Numbered from the stretch's first letter, positions 1-9,934 are shown. The stretch: 64,000 nt of DNA from an uncultured Clostridia bacterium (GCA_934130325.1 CAKOYA010000002.1:16098-80097); one strand, 5' to 3'. Made by a program: numbers and translations. The notes: generated by a model from the letters alone, not told the origin.

Positions 1-662
1 TCAATTGCTATATCTTCTTTATTGTTTGTTAAACTTTGGTGTATTAATTTTGATTTATCTAAAATCTTTTTAATAATTTTTTTTCTAAAATCAACTATTT
101 TATATATGTATTTACTCATTTTTTCATGTAATACATATACATATTCCTTATCAATATTTTCTTGCTTCAATAATGAATTTTTAATCTTTAAACATTTCAT
201 ATATTCATTGTGATTAATTAAATATGATTTTGAGAGTTGACAACATATCATATCAATAAATGCTCTTCTTTTTCCTGGAGCACCTTTTACTATATCTAAA
301 CTATCTGGTGAAAATATTACAATTAAAATTTCATCAATGTGATCTGATATTTTTTTTACTTTAACATCATTTTTTTTGATCTCTTTTTTATTTAAATTAT
401 TTAAATTTAATTCGATTTTATTTTTAATTCCATTTTTATTATATTTTAAATTTATATTACATGCCTGATTTCCAAAATTAATTATTTCCAAATCCTTAGA
501 GGTCCTATATGACTTTCCAAATGCACATAAATAAATTGATTCTATTATATTAGTTTTGCCCTGAGCGTTGTTTCCAACGTATAAATTAATTCCATTTATA
601 AACTTTATATCTTCTTCTTTGTAATTTCTAAAATTTTTTAGTTTTAATTCTTCTAAAAACAT
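1..662 (-). CDS. recF: DNA replication/repair protein RecF, N-terminal ~220 codons (3' end runs off the window)
   Basis: Own translation of the minus strand from ATG at 662 (AGAGG RBS): MFLEELKLKNFRNYKEEDIKFINGINLYVGNNAQGKTNIIESIYLCAFGKSYR...SPDSLDIVKGAPGKRRAFID. Contains Walker A GNNAQGKT. Frame is open to position 1. Fits dnaA-dnaN-recF synteny. Absent from the ORF track because it has no stop in the window. Confidence 0.9.
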   Translation of the reverse strand, partial: MFLEELKLKNFRNYKEEDIKFINGINLYVGNNAQGKTNIIESIYLCAFGKSYRTSKDLEIINFGNQACNINLKYNKNGIKNKIELNLNNLNKKEIKKNDVKVKKISDHIDEILIVIFSPDSLDIVKGAPGKRRAFIDMICCQLSKSYLINHNEYMKCLKIKNSLLKQENIDKEYVYVLHEKMSKYIYKIVDFRKKIIKKILDKSKLIHQSLTNNKEDIAI

Positions 663-685
663 TTTTTTACCTCTAATAAATAATA

Positions 686-714
686 TTGATTTTTTCTCAT
701 TTTTATGGTATAAT
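686..714 (+). promoter_or_regulatory. sigma-A type promoter for the small plus-strand ORF
   Basis: TTGATT (686-691), 17-bp spacer, TGgTATAAT extended -10 (706-714). Confidence 0.5.
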
Positions 715-752
715 TATGTTAATAAATATATTGATAAGGAGGCAGCATAATT

Positions 753-881
753 ATGTTACTTGATATTATAATAGCAATCTTTGCTCTAATTTTTAAAACA
801 ACCTTTATTCTGTTTGGAATCCCTATTTTAATAATTGCTGCTATAATTTTATTTATTAATTTTGTAGCTTCTCTTATTTAG
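753..881 (+). CDS. 42-aa hydrophobic peptide (MLLDIIIAIFALIFKTTFILFGIPILIIAAIILFINFVASLI)
   Basis: AAGGAGG RBS 6 nt upstream of ATG 753 and TAG stop at 879-881. It has its own promoter and terminator. It lies on the strand opposite the flanking dnaN and recF. Below the size cut-off of the ORF track. Confidence 0.5.
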   Translation: MLLDIIIAIFALIFKTTFILFGIPILIIAAIILFINFVASLI

Positions 882-893
882 GGATTAAAATTA

Positions 894-929
894 AATAACA
901 AGAAATTTAATATTTCTTGTTATTTTTTT
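894..929. terminator. bidirectional rho-independent terminator (small ORF / dnaN)
   Basis: Perfect 13-bp stem AATAACAAGAAAT / ATTTCTTGTTATT with a 5-nt loop, followed by a T-run. Confidence 0.7.
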
Positions 930-933
930 ATAT

Positions 934-2049
934 TTATTGCCTTAATTTTATTGGTAAAACGACATATATATATTCGTTACTTATTACAGGTTTTATCAGT
1001 ACTGGAGAAATACTTGAAGTAAATTCAATAAATATTTCACTATCCTCTATTACTTTTAAAGCATCTATAACATATCTTGGATTAAATCCAATTTCAATTT
1101 CCTTACCTTCAACTGTTGATACAATAATTTCTTTTGCATCTCCTGTATCACTTACACAACTTAACACAATTCCATCAATACCTATTTTCATTTTTACAGG
1201 AGATTTTTTATCTTTTTCTTTATTCTCTTTAGCAAAAAGCGCTACTCTTTCAAAAGAATCTAATAAATTCTTAGTTTTTACTTTTACTTTTGTTTCATAA
1301 TTTTCTGGAATTATAGCATTATAATTTAAAAAGTCCCCCTCTATAATTCTAGAAATAATTACGCTATTATTAATTTCAAATAATGCCTGATTTTTGTTAA
1401 CACCAATTTTTACATTTTCTCCATCTACGTCTATTAAAATTTTCAATAATTCATTTAATACCTTACCTGGGATTATAGCTTTAAAATCATTTATATTTTT
1501 TTCACTTATTTTTTTTCTTAATGCTAATCTGAATCCATCTACAGAAACAATAGTAAGTATGTTATCTTCTACTTTTAATAATGAACCGTTATATATAGGT
1601 CTATTTTCATCATTACTTACACAAAATAATGTTTTTTTGATCATATCTTTTAATACTTTTTGTTCTAAAGTTATTGTACTTTCAACATTAAACACAGGTA
1701 ATTTAGGATACTCATTAGCATCCATTGTAGCAAGTTTAAATACACCATTTATAGATTTTAGGATAAATAAATTCTCCTCTGTCCATAATTCAACTTCTTC
1801 ATCTTCTATCTTTCTAATAATTTCGTTAAGCATTTTAATATCTACTACTGTTTTTCCTTCTTCTAATACTTCTGATTCTAAAATATGTTCACATCCAAGT
1901 TCTAGATTATTTGTAGTAAGTTTTATTTTATTATTATATGCTTCTATTAATACTCCCTCTAATATTGGCATTGTAGTTTTTACTCCTGATGCTACTGATA
2001 CTATATTTAATCCATTTATTAATTCTTTTAAATTACATTTTACTTTCAT
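934..2049 (-). CDS. dnaN: DNA polymerase III beta sliding clamp
   Basis: ORF 934..2091. The internal start MKVKCNLKEL at 2049 follows a GGAGG RBS. Length and position downstream of dnaA fit dnaN. Confidence 0.93.
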   Translation of the reverse strand: MKVKCNLKELINGLNIVSVASGVKTTMPILEGVLIEAYNNKIKLTTNNLELGCEHILESEVLEEGKTVVDIKMLNEIIRKIEDEEVELWTEENLFILKSINGVFKLATMDANEYPKLPVFNVESTITLEQKVLKDMIKKTLFCVSNDENRPIYNGSLLKVEDNILTIVSVDGFRLALRKKISEKNINDFKAIIPGKVLNELLKILIDVDGENVKIGVNKNQALFEINNSVIISRIIEGDFLNYNAIIPENYETKVKVKTKNLLDSFERVALFAKENKEKDKKSPVKMKIGIDGIVLSCVSDTGDAKEIIVSTVEGKEIEIGFNPRYVIDALKVIEDSEIFIEFTSSISPVLIKPVISNEYIYVVLPIKLRQ

Positions 2050-2129
2050 TATTAATCCTCCATTTATAAAATACTTTAAAAAGTTATCCACAATTTCAAC
2101 AACAAAAATGTTAAAAAATATTTTTTGAT

Positions 2130-2400
2130 TCTTAATTACAATATATATATTATTATTATATTATTATTTAGTAGTAGTAGTAGTAGGTATTGTGGATTCT
2201 GTGGATAACCACTCTAATCACTTACTATCACTACATTTAATGCTGTGGATAATTCTGTGGATAACCTGTAAAATTTATCCACAGAAAATTTGTTCAGTGT
2301 GGATAAATTTCAAGTTATTAAGTTATACACATTTTATTCACATGCTTATCCACAGTTAGTTGTGGATAAGTTTTTTTATGAAATATTTTAGAAAAAATAC
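2130..2400. other. oriC: oriC, dnaA-dnaN intergenic part (AT-rich tract, DnaA-trios, about 9 DnaA boxes)
   Basis: TTATCCACA/TGTGGATAA boxes at 2200-2208, 2244-2252, 2256-2264, 2275-2283, 2298-2306, 2346-2354 and 2361-2369. Near-consensus boxes at 2191-2199 and 2323-2331. AT-rich run at 2138-2168. Confidence 0.9.
2169..2186 (+). repeat. (TAG)x6 trinucleotide array, DnaA-trio element
   Basis: tagtagtagtagtagtag lies immediately 5' of two tandem DnaA boxes (2191-2208) and 3' of an AT-only tract. This matches the Bacillus-type trio arrangement (3'-GAT-5' repeats). Confidence 0.75.
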
Positions 2401-2425
2401 TGTAATATTGTTGTAATAATTACTT

Positions 2426-3835
2426 CTAATCCGCTATTGATAAGGCTTTTTTGATATCATCTATTAAATCTTTTGTTTCAGGGTTATTATCATATTCGTC
2501 TTTAATTTTTGAATATGCATGTAATACTGTTGAGTGGTCTCTTCCCCCAAAATCTTTTCCTATTGCTGGAAATGACATATTAGCAATTTCTCTACATAAA
2601 TACATTGCAATTTGTCTTGGAAAAGCTACACTATTTGATCTTTTATCACTAACAATATCTGAAACTTTTATATTAAAGAATTTGCAAACTACTTGCATTA
2701 TTAATTTACTTGTTAATACTTTAGTATTTTTTACAAGTATTGATTCAATAGTATTTTCTACAATAGCGTCAGTTAAATCGTTATTTGTAAATGAAGTATA
2801 CGCAACTAATTTATTAAATACTCCTTCTAATTCTCTAATATTTGATTTAACTTTCGTTGCTATTTTTACTAATATATCGTCATTAATTACATAGTGTTCT
2901 TTTTCTGCTTTTTTTCTTAATATAGCAAGACGTGTTTCATAATCTGGTGTTTGTATATCAACCGATAATCCCATCTCAAATCTGGTTTTTAATCTATCTT
3001 CTAATAATGCTATTTCCTTTGGTGGTTTTTCTGAAGTTAATACAATTTGTTTTCCACTTTCAAATAATGTATTAAAAGTGTGAAAAAATTCTTCTTGACA
3101 TTTATCTTTTCCTGCAAGAAACTGTATATCATCTATTAATAATAGATCTATATTTCTATATTTCTTCCTAAAAGATTCATTTTGATTATTCATAATTGCT
3201 GAAATAACTTCATTTGCAAACAATTCACCTGTACAATATATTATTTTTATATTTGGGTCAGCTTTATACATAGCATTACCTATAGCTTGCATTAAGTGAG
3301 TTTTTCCAAGTCCTACACCACCATATATAAACAATGGATTATATTTTTTTCCTGGATTTTCGTATACTGCTACCGCTGCTGCATGTGCAAATCTATTATT
3401 TGATCCTATTATAAAATTTTCAAATGTATATTTGGGATTTAAAGAAGCTTTCTCATTTGTACTTTCTTGTGAAGTTGAAATATTATTATCAGTATTTTTT
3501 ACTACTTTAACATTTTCAATTTCTATTTTATCTTTTGTGGTTTTTTCATTGTAATCTTGGTTATCTTGGTTACTATCTGGGATAATTTCTTTGGCTTCAA
3601 ATGTAATATTATAAGCTTTTTTGGTTAAAAAAGTTAAAGTATTTTCTATTAAATCTAAATATCTTTTTTTACATATATCAATGTGATAATTTGAAGGAGA
3701 TAAAAAGCAAATAGTATTATTATCTACAAGTCTTGGAATCATAACATCAACATATGTTTTGTATCCAACTGGAGAAATTTCCTCTTGCAGTATTTCCAAG
3801 GCTTGTGACCAGATTTCCATAAAATTTTTTTCCAT
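2426..3835 (-). CDS. dnaA: chromosomal replication initiator DnaA
   Basis: 469 aa. Walker A GGVGLGKTHL, box VII/sensor region, C-terminal DNA-binding motif GGRDHSTVLHA. Confidence 0.97.
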   Translation of the reverse strand: MEKNFMEIWSQALEILQEEISPVGYKTYVDVMIPRLVDNNTICFLSPSNYHIDICKKRYLDLIENTLTFLTKKAYNITFEAKEIIPDSNQDNQDYNEKTTKDKIEIENVKVVKNTDNNISTSQESTNEKASLNPKYTFENFIIGSNNRFAHAAAVAVYENPGKKYNPLFIYGGVGLGKTHLMQAIGNAMYKADPNIKIIYCTGELFANEVISAIMNNQNESFRKKYRNIDLLLIDDIQFLAGKDKCQEEFFHTFNTLFESGKQIVLTSEKPPKEIALLEDRLKTRFEMGLSVDIQTPDYETRLAILRKKAEKEHYVINDDILVKIATKVKSNIRELEGVFNKLVAYTSFTNNDLTDAIVENTIESILVKNTKVLTSKLIMQVVCKFFNIKVSDIVSDKRSNSVAFPRQIAMYLCREIANMSFPAIGKDFGGRDHSTVLHAYSKIKDEYDNNPETKDLIDDIKKALSIAD

Positions 3836-3870
3836 AAAACCACCTTTCTAAAACACATGTTTTTTAAAAG

Positions 3871-3968
3871 TTATCCACAGAGTTATCCACAGGTGTTGAT
3901 AACTTTTCGACACAATAGTAAAATTTTACAAACTGTTTTACATAAATATTGTGGATTCTTGTGAAACA
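3871..3968. promoter_or_regulatory. second DnaA-box cluster upstream of dnaA (oriC left part / dnaA autoregulation)
   Basis: TTATCCACA at 3871-3879 and 3883-3891. Degenerate boxes TGTTGATAA at 3894-3902 and TGTGGATTC at 3950-3958. TTCGACA (Spo0A-box complement) at 3906-3912. Confidence 0.8.
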
Positions 3969-4179
3969 TGTGAAAATTTAAATTAATATTGTTATAGTAA
4001 ATATATCACGAATACTAGAAAAATACAATACTTTTATAATTTTTTGTATTTGAATTTATAAAATTGTTCAGTAAATATTTAATAAGGACAAGTTTTAATT
4101 TATTTAGTACGTTTTTTATAGAAAATTTTATTTTTATTAGTATTAAAACAAAAAAATGATAAAAAATATTAAATTTTAT

Positions 4180-4208
4180 TTGACATATAGACAGAAATAA
4201 TGTATAAT
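4180..4208 (+). promoter_or_regulatory. sigma-A promoter of the rpmH operon
   Basis: TTGACA (4180-4185), 17-bp spacer, TGTATAAT (4201-4208). Confidence 0.6.
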
Positions 4209-4296
4209 TGTATTACTTTGTATTTTAATTTTTTGTAAAATAAGATTTGAAATTTGTCGAAAGACATAGTATATTGCGTTTTAGGAGGTGTAGCAA

Positions 4297-4431
4297 TTGA
4301 AAAGAACATATCAACCAAAAAAGATACAAACTCAAAAAGTTCATGGATTTAGAAAAAGAATGAGTACTGCGTCAGGTCGTAGCGTTTTAAAACGTAGAAG
4401 AGATAAAGGTAGAAAAGTTATAAGTGCGTAG
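4297..4431 (+). CDS. rpmH: 50S ribosomal protein L34
   Basis: TTG start after an AGGAGG RBS. Translation [44 protein letters not shown]. Too short for the ORF track. Confidence 0.95.
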   Translation: MKRTYQPKKIQTQKVHGFRKRMSTASGRSVLKRRRDKGRKVISA

Positions 4432-4492
4432 GACTGCTTTAAAGAGTGGGTATGTTTTTCATATCCACTTTTAACTTTATTTTGGAGGAAAT

Positions 4493-4837
4493 ATGTTACA
4501 TACATTTATTATAAAAAGAAGTGGTAAGTTAAAGTATATACTAAAAAGAGGAGAATATTATAATAAAAAAAATTTAGTTGTACATTATTTACATAATAAT
4601 AAGAAAAATAACTTTTTTGCAGTTTGTGTATCAAAGAAAAATGGAAATAGCGTTGAGAGAAATAAATTAAAAAGGTGGGCAAGAGAAATATACAAAATGG
4701 AGGAATCACAATTAAAAACAGGATGCGATATAATTATTTTGTATAAAAAAACAACTAAATTTTATGATCTTAATTTTACTACTGTAAAAAATGAAATTAT
4801 TGATTGTTTTGAAAGGTTAAATTTATATGAAAAATAA
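4493..4837 (+). CDS. rnpA: ribonuclease P protein component
   Basis: 114-aa basic protein directly after rpmH, with an RNKLKRW-type motif. Confidence 0.9.
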   Translation: MLHTFIIKRSGKLKYILKRGEYYNKKNLVVHYLHNNKKNNFFAVCVSKKNGNSVERNKLKRWAREIYKMEESQLKTGCDIIILYKKTTKFYDLNFTTVKNEIIDCFERLNLYEK

Positions 4838-5087
4838 TGTTATAATTAAATGTCTTTTAAGAAAATTAATAAAGATTCCCAGTGTAATAGAAATATTTCT
4901 AATTGATATATATAAAAAATATATTTCTAATGCGTTTGGAAAAAGATGTATATATTATCCTTCTTGTTCTACATATGTTAGACAAGCAGTTGACAAATAT
5001 GGTATAATTAAAGGTAATTTAATTGGTATAAAAAGATTGATAAAATGTAACCCATTTTCAAATGGGGGAATTGACTATTTAAAATGA
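4827..5087 (+). CDS. yidD: membrane protein insertion efficiency factor YidD
   Basis: YPSCSTY...KCNPFSNGGIDY motifs, located between rnpA and yidC. Confidence 0.9.
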   Translation: MKNNVIIKCLLRKLIKIPSVIEIFLIDIYKKYISNAFGKRCIYYPSCSTYVRQAVDKYGIIKGNLIGIKRLIKCNPFSNGGIDYLK

Positions 5088-5101
5088 AAAGGAGCGTTTA
5101 A

Positions 5102-5941
5102 ATGATAAATGCAATAGCTAGTTTTTTTGGCATGATAATTAGAATAATATATGATTTAGTAAATCAAAATTATTTTATTTCAATAATTATATTTACGTTT
5201 TTAACTAAGCTTATATTATTTCCATTATCTTGGATGCAAATAAAATCAACTGAAAATATGCAAAAAATTGCACCTATGGCCAAAAAAATACAGGATAAAT
5301 ATAAAAATGATAAAGAAAAGCAAGCAGAAGAGCTAACAAAATTGTATTCTGAAAATAAAATAAATCCACTTGGAGGGTGTTTACCTATTTTAATACAGTT
5401 TCCAATAATAATAGCAATGTTTGCTATTGTAAGGCAACCTCTTACATATATAACACAAACTCCTTTTGAAGAGATAAAGACGTATACTCAAGAGATTTTA
5501 CAAAAAGATGATGTTAGTGTTAATGAAGTAAAAAGTAATGAGCTTACTGTTGCTAAAGAAAAAAATTTAATTGATATGAATGTAGGAATGGGAATTAATA
5601 TGGGAGATGTTCCATCTAGTGTGTTTAGTAAAGATTTGGAAAAAAGAGCGAATCCTATATCTATTGTAATTCCTATACTTACAGTTGTATTTTCTATTAT
5701 ACAATCTAAGATAACTCAAAAAAATTCTACAATGACAGATGAACAAAAAGAAATGCAGAAATCTATGAATTTGACTTTACCATTAATATCTGGTATGTTT
5801 GCATATACGATGCCTCTAGCATTAGGAATATATTGGTTATTTGGAAATATATTACAGATTTTACAGCAATTATTTATTTCTGCTAAGATAAAAAATGATA
5901 ATAAAAAAGGGGTATTATCCTTAGATAAAGGAGGAAAATAA
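5102..5941 (+). CDS. yidC: YidC/Oxa1 family membrane insertase (SpoIIIJ-like)
   Basis: Multi-pass membrane protein. GCLPILIQFPI motif. Synteny. Confidence 0.9.
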   Translation: MINAIASFFGMIIRIIYDLVNQNYFISIIIFTFLTKLILFPLSWMQIKSTENMQKIAPMAKKIQDKYKNDKEKQAEELTKLYSENKINPLGGCLPILIQFPIIIAMFAIVRQPLTYITQTPFEEIKTYTQEILQKDDVSVNEVKSNELTVAKEKNLIDMNVGMGINMGDVPSSVFSKDLEKRANPISIVIPILTVVFSIIQSKITQKNSTMTDEQKEMQKSMNLTLPLISGMFAYTMPLALGIYWLFGNILQILQQLFISAKIKNDNKKGVLSLDKGGK

Positions 5942-5942
5942 T

Positions 5943-6599
5943 ATGAAAAAAGTAACAGAACAAATGGCTAAAACAGTAGAAGAAGCAATAAGAAAAGGAC
6001 TTGAGGAATTAAAAGTTTCAAGAGATGATGTAATTATAGAGGTATTAGAGGAACCTACTTCTGGTGGAGTTTTGGGTATACTTTCTGCTAAGCTTGCTAA
6101 GGTAAGACTTACAGTTAACAAAAAGATTACAGATGAACAGTCTGAAAAGACTAAAAAAAGATTAAATGATATTTTAGAAAATATTTTTAAGATTACAGGA
6201 GAATCAGATATATCATATGTGATAGAAAAGTCAGATAATCAAATGCTTTTAACAATAAAAGGTGATAAAGTATCACATTTAATAGGTTATAAAGGAAAAA
6301 CAATTGAGTCATTGCAATCATTATTGAATTCTATTTTGCAAAGAGAAGATGAAGATTATGCAAAAGTTTTTGTAGAGATTAATGATTATAAAAAACAGAA
6401 AGAAGAAAAGCTAAGAAGATTAGCTAATAAAATGGCAGATAATGTAATAAAATTTAGAAAATCTATAAGATTAGAACCTATGTCAGCTTATGAGAGATTA
6501 ATTATACATACAGAACTTGCAAATAGAAAAGATGTAGAAACTGAGAGTTACGGTGAAGAGCCAAGAAGAAGAGTAGTAATAAAGAAAAAATATTATTAA
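5943..6599 (+). CDS. jag: Jag/KhpB RNA-binding protein (KH + R3H domains)
   Basis: GYKGKTIESLQ (KH) and ERLIIH (R3H) motifs, located downstream of yidC. Confidence 0.88.
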   Translation: MKKVTEQMAKTVEEAIRKGLEELKVSRDDVIIEVLEEPTSGGVLGILSAKLAKVRLTVNKKITDEQSEKTKKRLNDILENIFKITGESDISYVIEKSDNQMLLTIKGDKVSHLIGYKGKTIESLQSLLNSILQREDEDYAKVFVEINDYKKQKEEKLRRLANKMADNVIKFRKSIRLEPMSAYERLIIHTELANRKDVETESYGEEPRRRVVIKKKYY

Positions 6600-6643
6600 A
6601 AGTCAGCTTTTGCTGGCTTTTATATAGGAAAGGAAAAATAGTT

Positions 6644-8020
6644 ATGTCAACAGATACAATAGCTGCTATTGGAACAGCACTTTCAAATAGTGGTATAAGC
6701 ATAATTAGAATTAGTGGAAATAAAAGTTTGGAAATAATAGATAAAATATTTAAAACAAAATCATTAATAAAACCAAATACTATAATTTATGGAAAAATAT
6801 ATGATGGAAATATTCATTTAGACAATGTGCTTGTATCATATTTTAAGTCACCTAAATCTTTTACTGGTGAAGATATTTGTGAAATAAATTGTCATGGTGG
6901 AATAAGCATAACAAGAGAAATATTAGAATTAGTTTTAAGAAGTGGTGCAAGACTTGCTGAGCCAGGAGAATTTTCAAAAAGAGCATTTCTAAATGGTAAA
7001 ATGGACTTATCTCAGGCTGAAGCTGTTATAAACCTTATAAATGCTAAAACTCGCACTGCAACTCGAGTTGCAAGTAATCAACTTGATGGCAATGTGTCGA
7101 ATAAAATAAAATATTTAAGAGAAGAATTGATTGAACTTTTAGCACATATAGAAGTAAGTATTGATTATCCTGAATATGATTATGAAGAAGTAGAAAATGA
7201 AAATGTAATTAAACTGTTAGATAAGAAAATTAATGAAATAAATAAAATCTTGCAAACTTATGAACATGGAAGATATATAAAGGACGGGGTAAATGTAGCA
7301 ATACTTGGAAAACCAAATGTTGGAAAATCTTCGTTATTAAATAATTTAGCTAACTACGAAAAGGCTATTGTGACGGATATACCTGGAACTACTAGAGATA
7401 TAGTGGAAGAAACAATAAATATAGGAAGTATAGTTTTAAATATTTCTGATACAGCTGGTATAAGAGATACTGAAGATATAGTTGAAAAAATTGGTGTAGA
7501 AAAAAGCATAAAAAAATTGGATGAAGTTGATCTTGTAATATATATATTAAGTGCAGATGAAAATATAAAGAAAACAGATATTAATATTCTTTCCAAAATT
7601 CAAAATAAAGGAATTAAATTAATAACGGTGATAAATAAGATGGATAAAAAAGAAAAAACGATTTTTGATAGCATTTTGAACGAATTAAATAAAATAAATG
7701 TAAAAAATTTGGTCCAAGTATCTGTAATTAAAAATGAAGGAATAGAAAAATTAAAAGAAGAGATAGAAAATATGTTTTTGAATTCTAATTTAGATTATGA
7801 ACAAGAGTTAGTTTTAACAAACTCAAGACATAAGGATTTGTTGATAAAGAGTATAGAGTATTTAAATTTGGCAAAAAATGAAATATCTTTAAACAATCCA
7901 ATTGACATAATATCAATATATGTAAAAAAGGCTACATCAACACTTGGCGAAATTATAGGTACTGATATAAATATTGATGTTGCAAATAAAATCTTTGAAA
8001 AGTTTTGTTTAGGAAAATAG
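6644..8020 (+). CDS. mnmE: tRNA modification GTPase MnmE
   Basis: GKPNVGKSSLLN G1 motif, DTAG G3 motif, C-terminal FCLGK. Confidence 0.96.
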   Translation: MSTDTIAAIGTALSNSGISIIRISGNKSLEIIDKIFKTKSLIKPNTIIYGKIYDGNIHLDNVLVSYFKSPKSFTGEDICEINCHGGISITREILELVLRSGARLAEPGEFSKRAFLNGKMDLSQAEAVINLINAKTRTATRVASNQLDGNVSNKIKYLREELIELLAHIEVSIDYPEYDYEEVENENVIKLLDKKINEINKILQTYEHGRYIKDGVNVAILGKPNVGKSSLLNNLANYEKAIVTDIPGTTRDIVEETINIGSIVLNISDTAGIRDTEDIVEKIGVEKSIKKLDEVDLVIYILSADENIKKTDINILSKIQNKGIKLITVINKMDKKEKTIFDSILNELNKINVKNLVQVSVIKNEGIEKLKEEIENMFLNSNLDYEQELVLTNSRHKDLLIKSIEYLNLAKNEISLNNPIDIISIYVKKATSTLGEIIGTDINIDVANKIFEKFCLGK

Positions 8021-8029
8021 GTGGTAAAT

Positions 8030-9934
8030 ATGGAAAAAATAGAGAAAGAAGATTATATATTAGGAGAATATGATGTTATAGTTATAGGTGCCGGACACGC
8101 GGGGTGCGAAGCAGCATTAGCATCGGCTAGATTAGGTAAAAAGACTGCTGTTTTTGTTATAAATCTAGATACACTTGCAAATATGCCATGTAATCCAAGT
8201 ATTGGTGGAACATCTAAGGGACATTTAGTAAGAGAAATTGATGCTTTAGGTGGAGAAATGGCAAAAAATGCTGATAAAACTTTTATTCAGTCAAAAATGT
8301 TGAATAAATCTAAGGGACCAGCTGTACATTCGTTAAGAGTTCAGTCAGATAGAAGAATGTATCATATAGAAATGAAAAAAACAATGGAAGAGCAAGAAAA
8401 TTTAGATATTTACCAAGCAGAAGTAGTTGAAATATTAACTAAAAATGGATGTGTAACGGGTATTAAAACTAAAATAGGTGCAACTTTTTTAACTAAAGCT
8501 ATTGTAGTTGCTACAGGGACTTATTTAAAAGGTAAAGTAATTATTGGTGAAGTTTCATATGAAAGTGGACCGGATGGTGTTTTTCCTGCTAACGATTTAT
8601 CTCAAAGTTTAATTAATATAGGTGTAGGTCTTAGACGTTTTAAGACAGGTACTCCTGCTAGAATTAATGTAAGAAACATGGACCTTGAAAAGATGGAACC
8701 GCAATATGGTGATGAGAAAATAACTCCATTTTCTTTTGAAAATGAGGAAAATGAAGATATTATTAATAAGAAACAGGTTAATTGTTATTTAACATATACA
8801 AATAATAAAACTCATGAAATTATAATGAATAACCTACATAGATCTCCGATATATAGTGGAAGAATACATGGAATAGGACCTCGTTATTGTCCATCTATTG
8901 AGGATAAAGTTGTAAGATTTAGTGATAAAGAAAGACATCAATTATTTATTGAACCATTAGGTGAAAAAACATTAGAAATGTATATCCAAGGAATGTCATC
9001 ATCACTTCCAGAAGAAGTGCAAATAGAGATGTATAGAACAGTTAAAGGGCTCGAAAATGCTAAGATGATGAGGCCTGCTTATGCTATTGAATATGATTGT
9101 ATTGATTCTACTAATTTAAGCCTAAATTTAGAGTACAAGGGGATTTCTGGACTTTTCTTTGCTGGTCAAGTAAATGGTAGCTCTGGATATGAAGAGGCTG
9201 CTGCTCAGGGAATTATGGCTGGTATTAATGCAAGTAGAAAAGTAGATAATTTAGATCCATTTATTCTTGATAGATCAGAAGCTTATATTGGAGTATTAAT
9301 AGATGATCTAATTACAAAAGGAACAAATGAGCCTTATAGAATGATGACATCAAGATCTGAATATAGGTTAATGTTAAGACAAGATAATGCAGATTTAAGG
9401 TTAACACAGAAAGGGTATGAATTAGGTTTAATTTCACATGAAAGATATAAAAAGTTTATAAATAAAAGAAATATGATAGAAAATGAAATTAACAGATTAA
9501 AAAATGTAAAAATAAAGCCTAGTGAAAGTGTTAATATGTTATTAAAAGAGTTAGGTAGTTCACCTATAGAGTCTGGAATTAGACTTTCAGATTTATTAAA
9601 AAGAAGTGAACTTACTTATGAGAATTTGTGTGGTATAGACATTAATAGAGAAGATTTACCAGATTCAGTGAAGGAAGAAGCTGAAATAGCAATTAAATAT
9701 GAAGGATATATTAAATTACAGTTGGAACAGATTGAAGAATTTAAAAGACTTGAAAATAAAAAGTTACCTTTAGAAATTGATTATGAGGAAATTAAAGGAT
9801 TGAGTTTGGAAGCTAGACAGAAATTAAATAAGCAAAAGCCATTATCTGTTGGTCAAGCTTCTAGAATATCAGGTGTTTCACCTGCAGATATATCAGTACT
9901 TTTGATATATTTAAGTCAAAATAATATTAAATAA
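8030..9934 (+). CDS. mnmG: tRNA uridine 5-carboxymethylaminomethyl modification enzyme MnmG
   Basis: [19 protein letters not shown] motif. The track ORF begins at GTG 8021. ATG 8030 sits 5 nt after AGGTGG and is preferred. Confidence 0.95.
   Translation: MEKIEKEDYILGEYDVIVIGAGHAGCEAALASARLGKKTAVFVINLDTLANMPCNPSIGGTSKGHLVREIDALGGEMAKNADKTFIQSKMLNKSKGPAVHSLRVQSDRRMYHIEMKKTMEEQENLDIYQAEVVEILTKNGCVTGIKTKIGATFLTKAIVVATGTYLKGKVIIGEVSYESGPDGVFPANDLSQSLINIGVGLRRFKTGTPARINVRNMDLEKMEPQYGDEKITPFSFENEENEDIINKKQVNCYLTYTNNKTHEIIMNNLHRSPIYSGRIHGIGPRYCPSIEDKVVRFSDKERHQLFIEPLGEKTLEMYIQGMSSSLPEEVQIEMYRTVKGLENAKMMRPAYAIEYDCIDSTNLSLNLEYKGISGLFFAGQVNGSSGYEEAAAQGIMAGINASRKVDNLDPFILDRSEAYIGVLIDDLITKGTNEPYRMMTSRSEYRLMLRQDNADLRLTQKGYELGLISHERYKKFINKRNMIENEINRLKNVKIKPSESVNMLLKELGSSPIESGIRLSDLLKRSELTYENLCGIDINREDLPDSVKEEAEIAIKYEGYIKLQLEQIEEFKRLENKKLPLEIDYEEIKGLSLEARQKLNKQKPLSVGQASRISGVSPADISVLLIYLSQNNIK

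Noticed and set aside
917-2128. Long plus-strand ORFs 917..1300 and 1394..2128 overlapping dnaN
   Set aside because: They are antisense shadow ORFs of a well-supported gene in an AT-rich genome. The translations are low-complexity (S/F/I/L/N-rich), with no RBS or motifs.
2169-2186. (TAG)6 read as a plain microsatellite or an in-frame stop-codon array
   Set aside because: Its position between the AT tract and the tandem DnaA boxes fits a DnaA-trio element much better. It is reported as such.
2451-2894. Plus-strand ORF inside dnaA. The same type of antisense ORF occurs at 4509..4709, 5921..6121, 7354..7596, 20337..20594, 21039..21681, 26525..26953, 27166..27465, 40316..40684, 42140..42556, 44488..44775, 47982..48344, 58236..58920 and 60464..61348
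   Set aside because: All lie opposite confidently assigned genes, lack RBSs and have biased composition typical of frame shadows.
3961-3976. Possible parS site (GTGAAACA half-site, then TGTGAAAA)
   Set aside because: Only the right half of the TGTTNCACGTGAAACA palindrome is present. No full parS was found by eye in the window, including inside spo0J.
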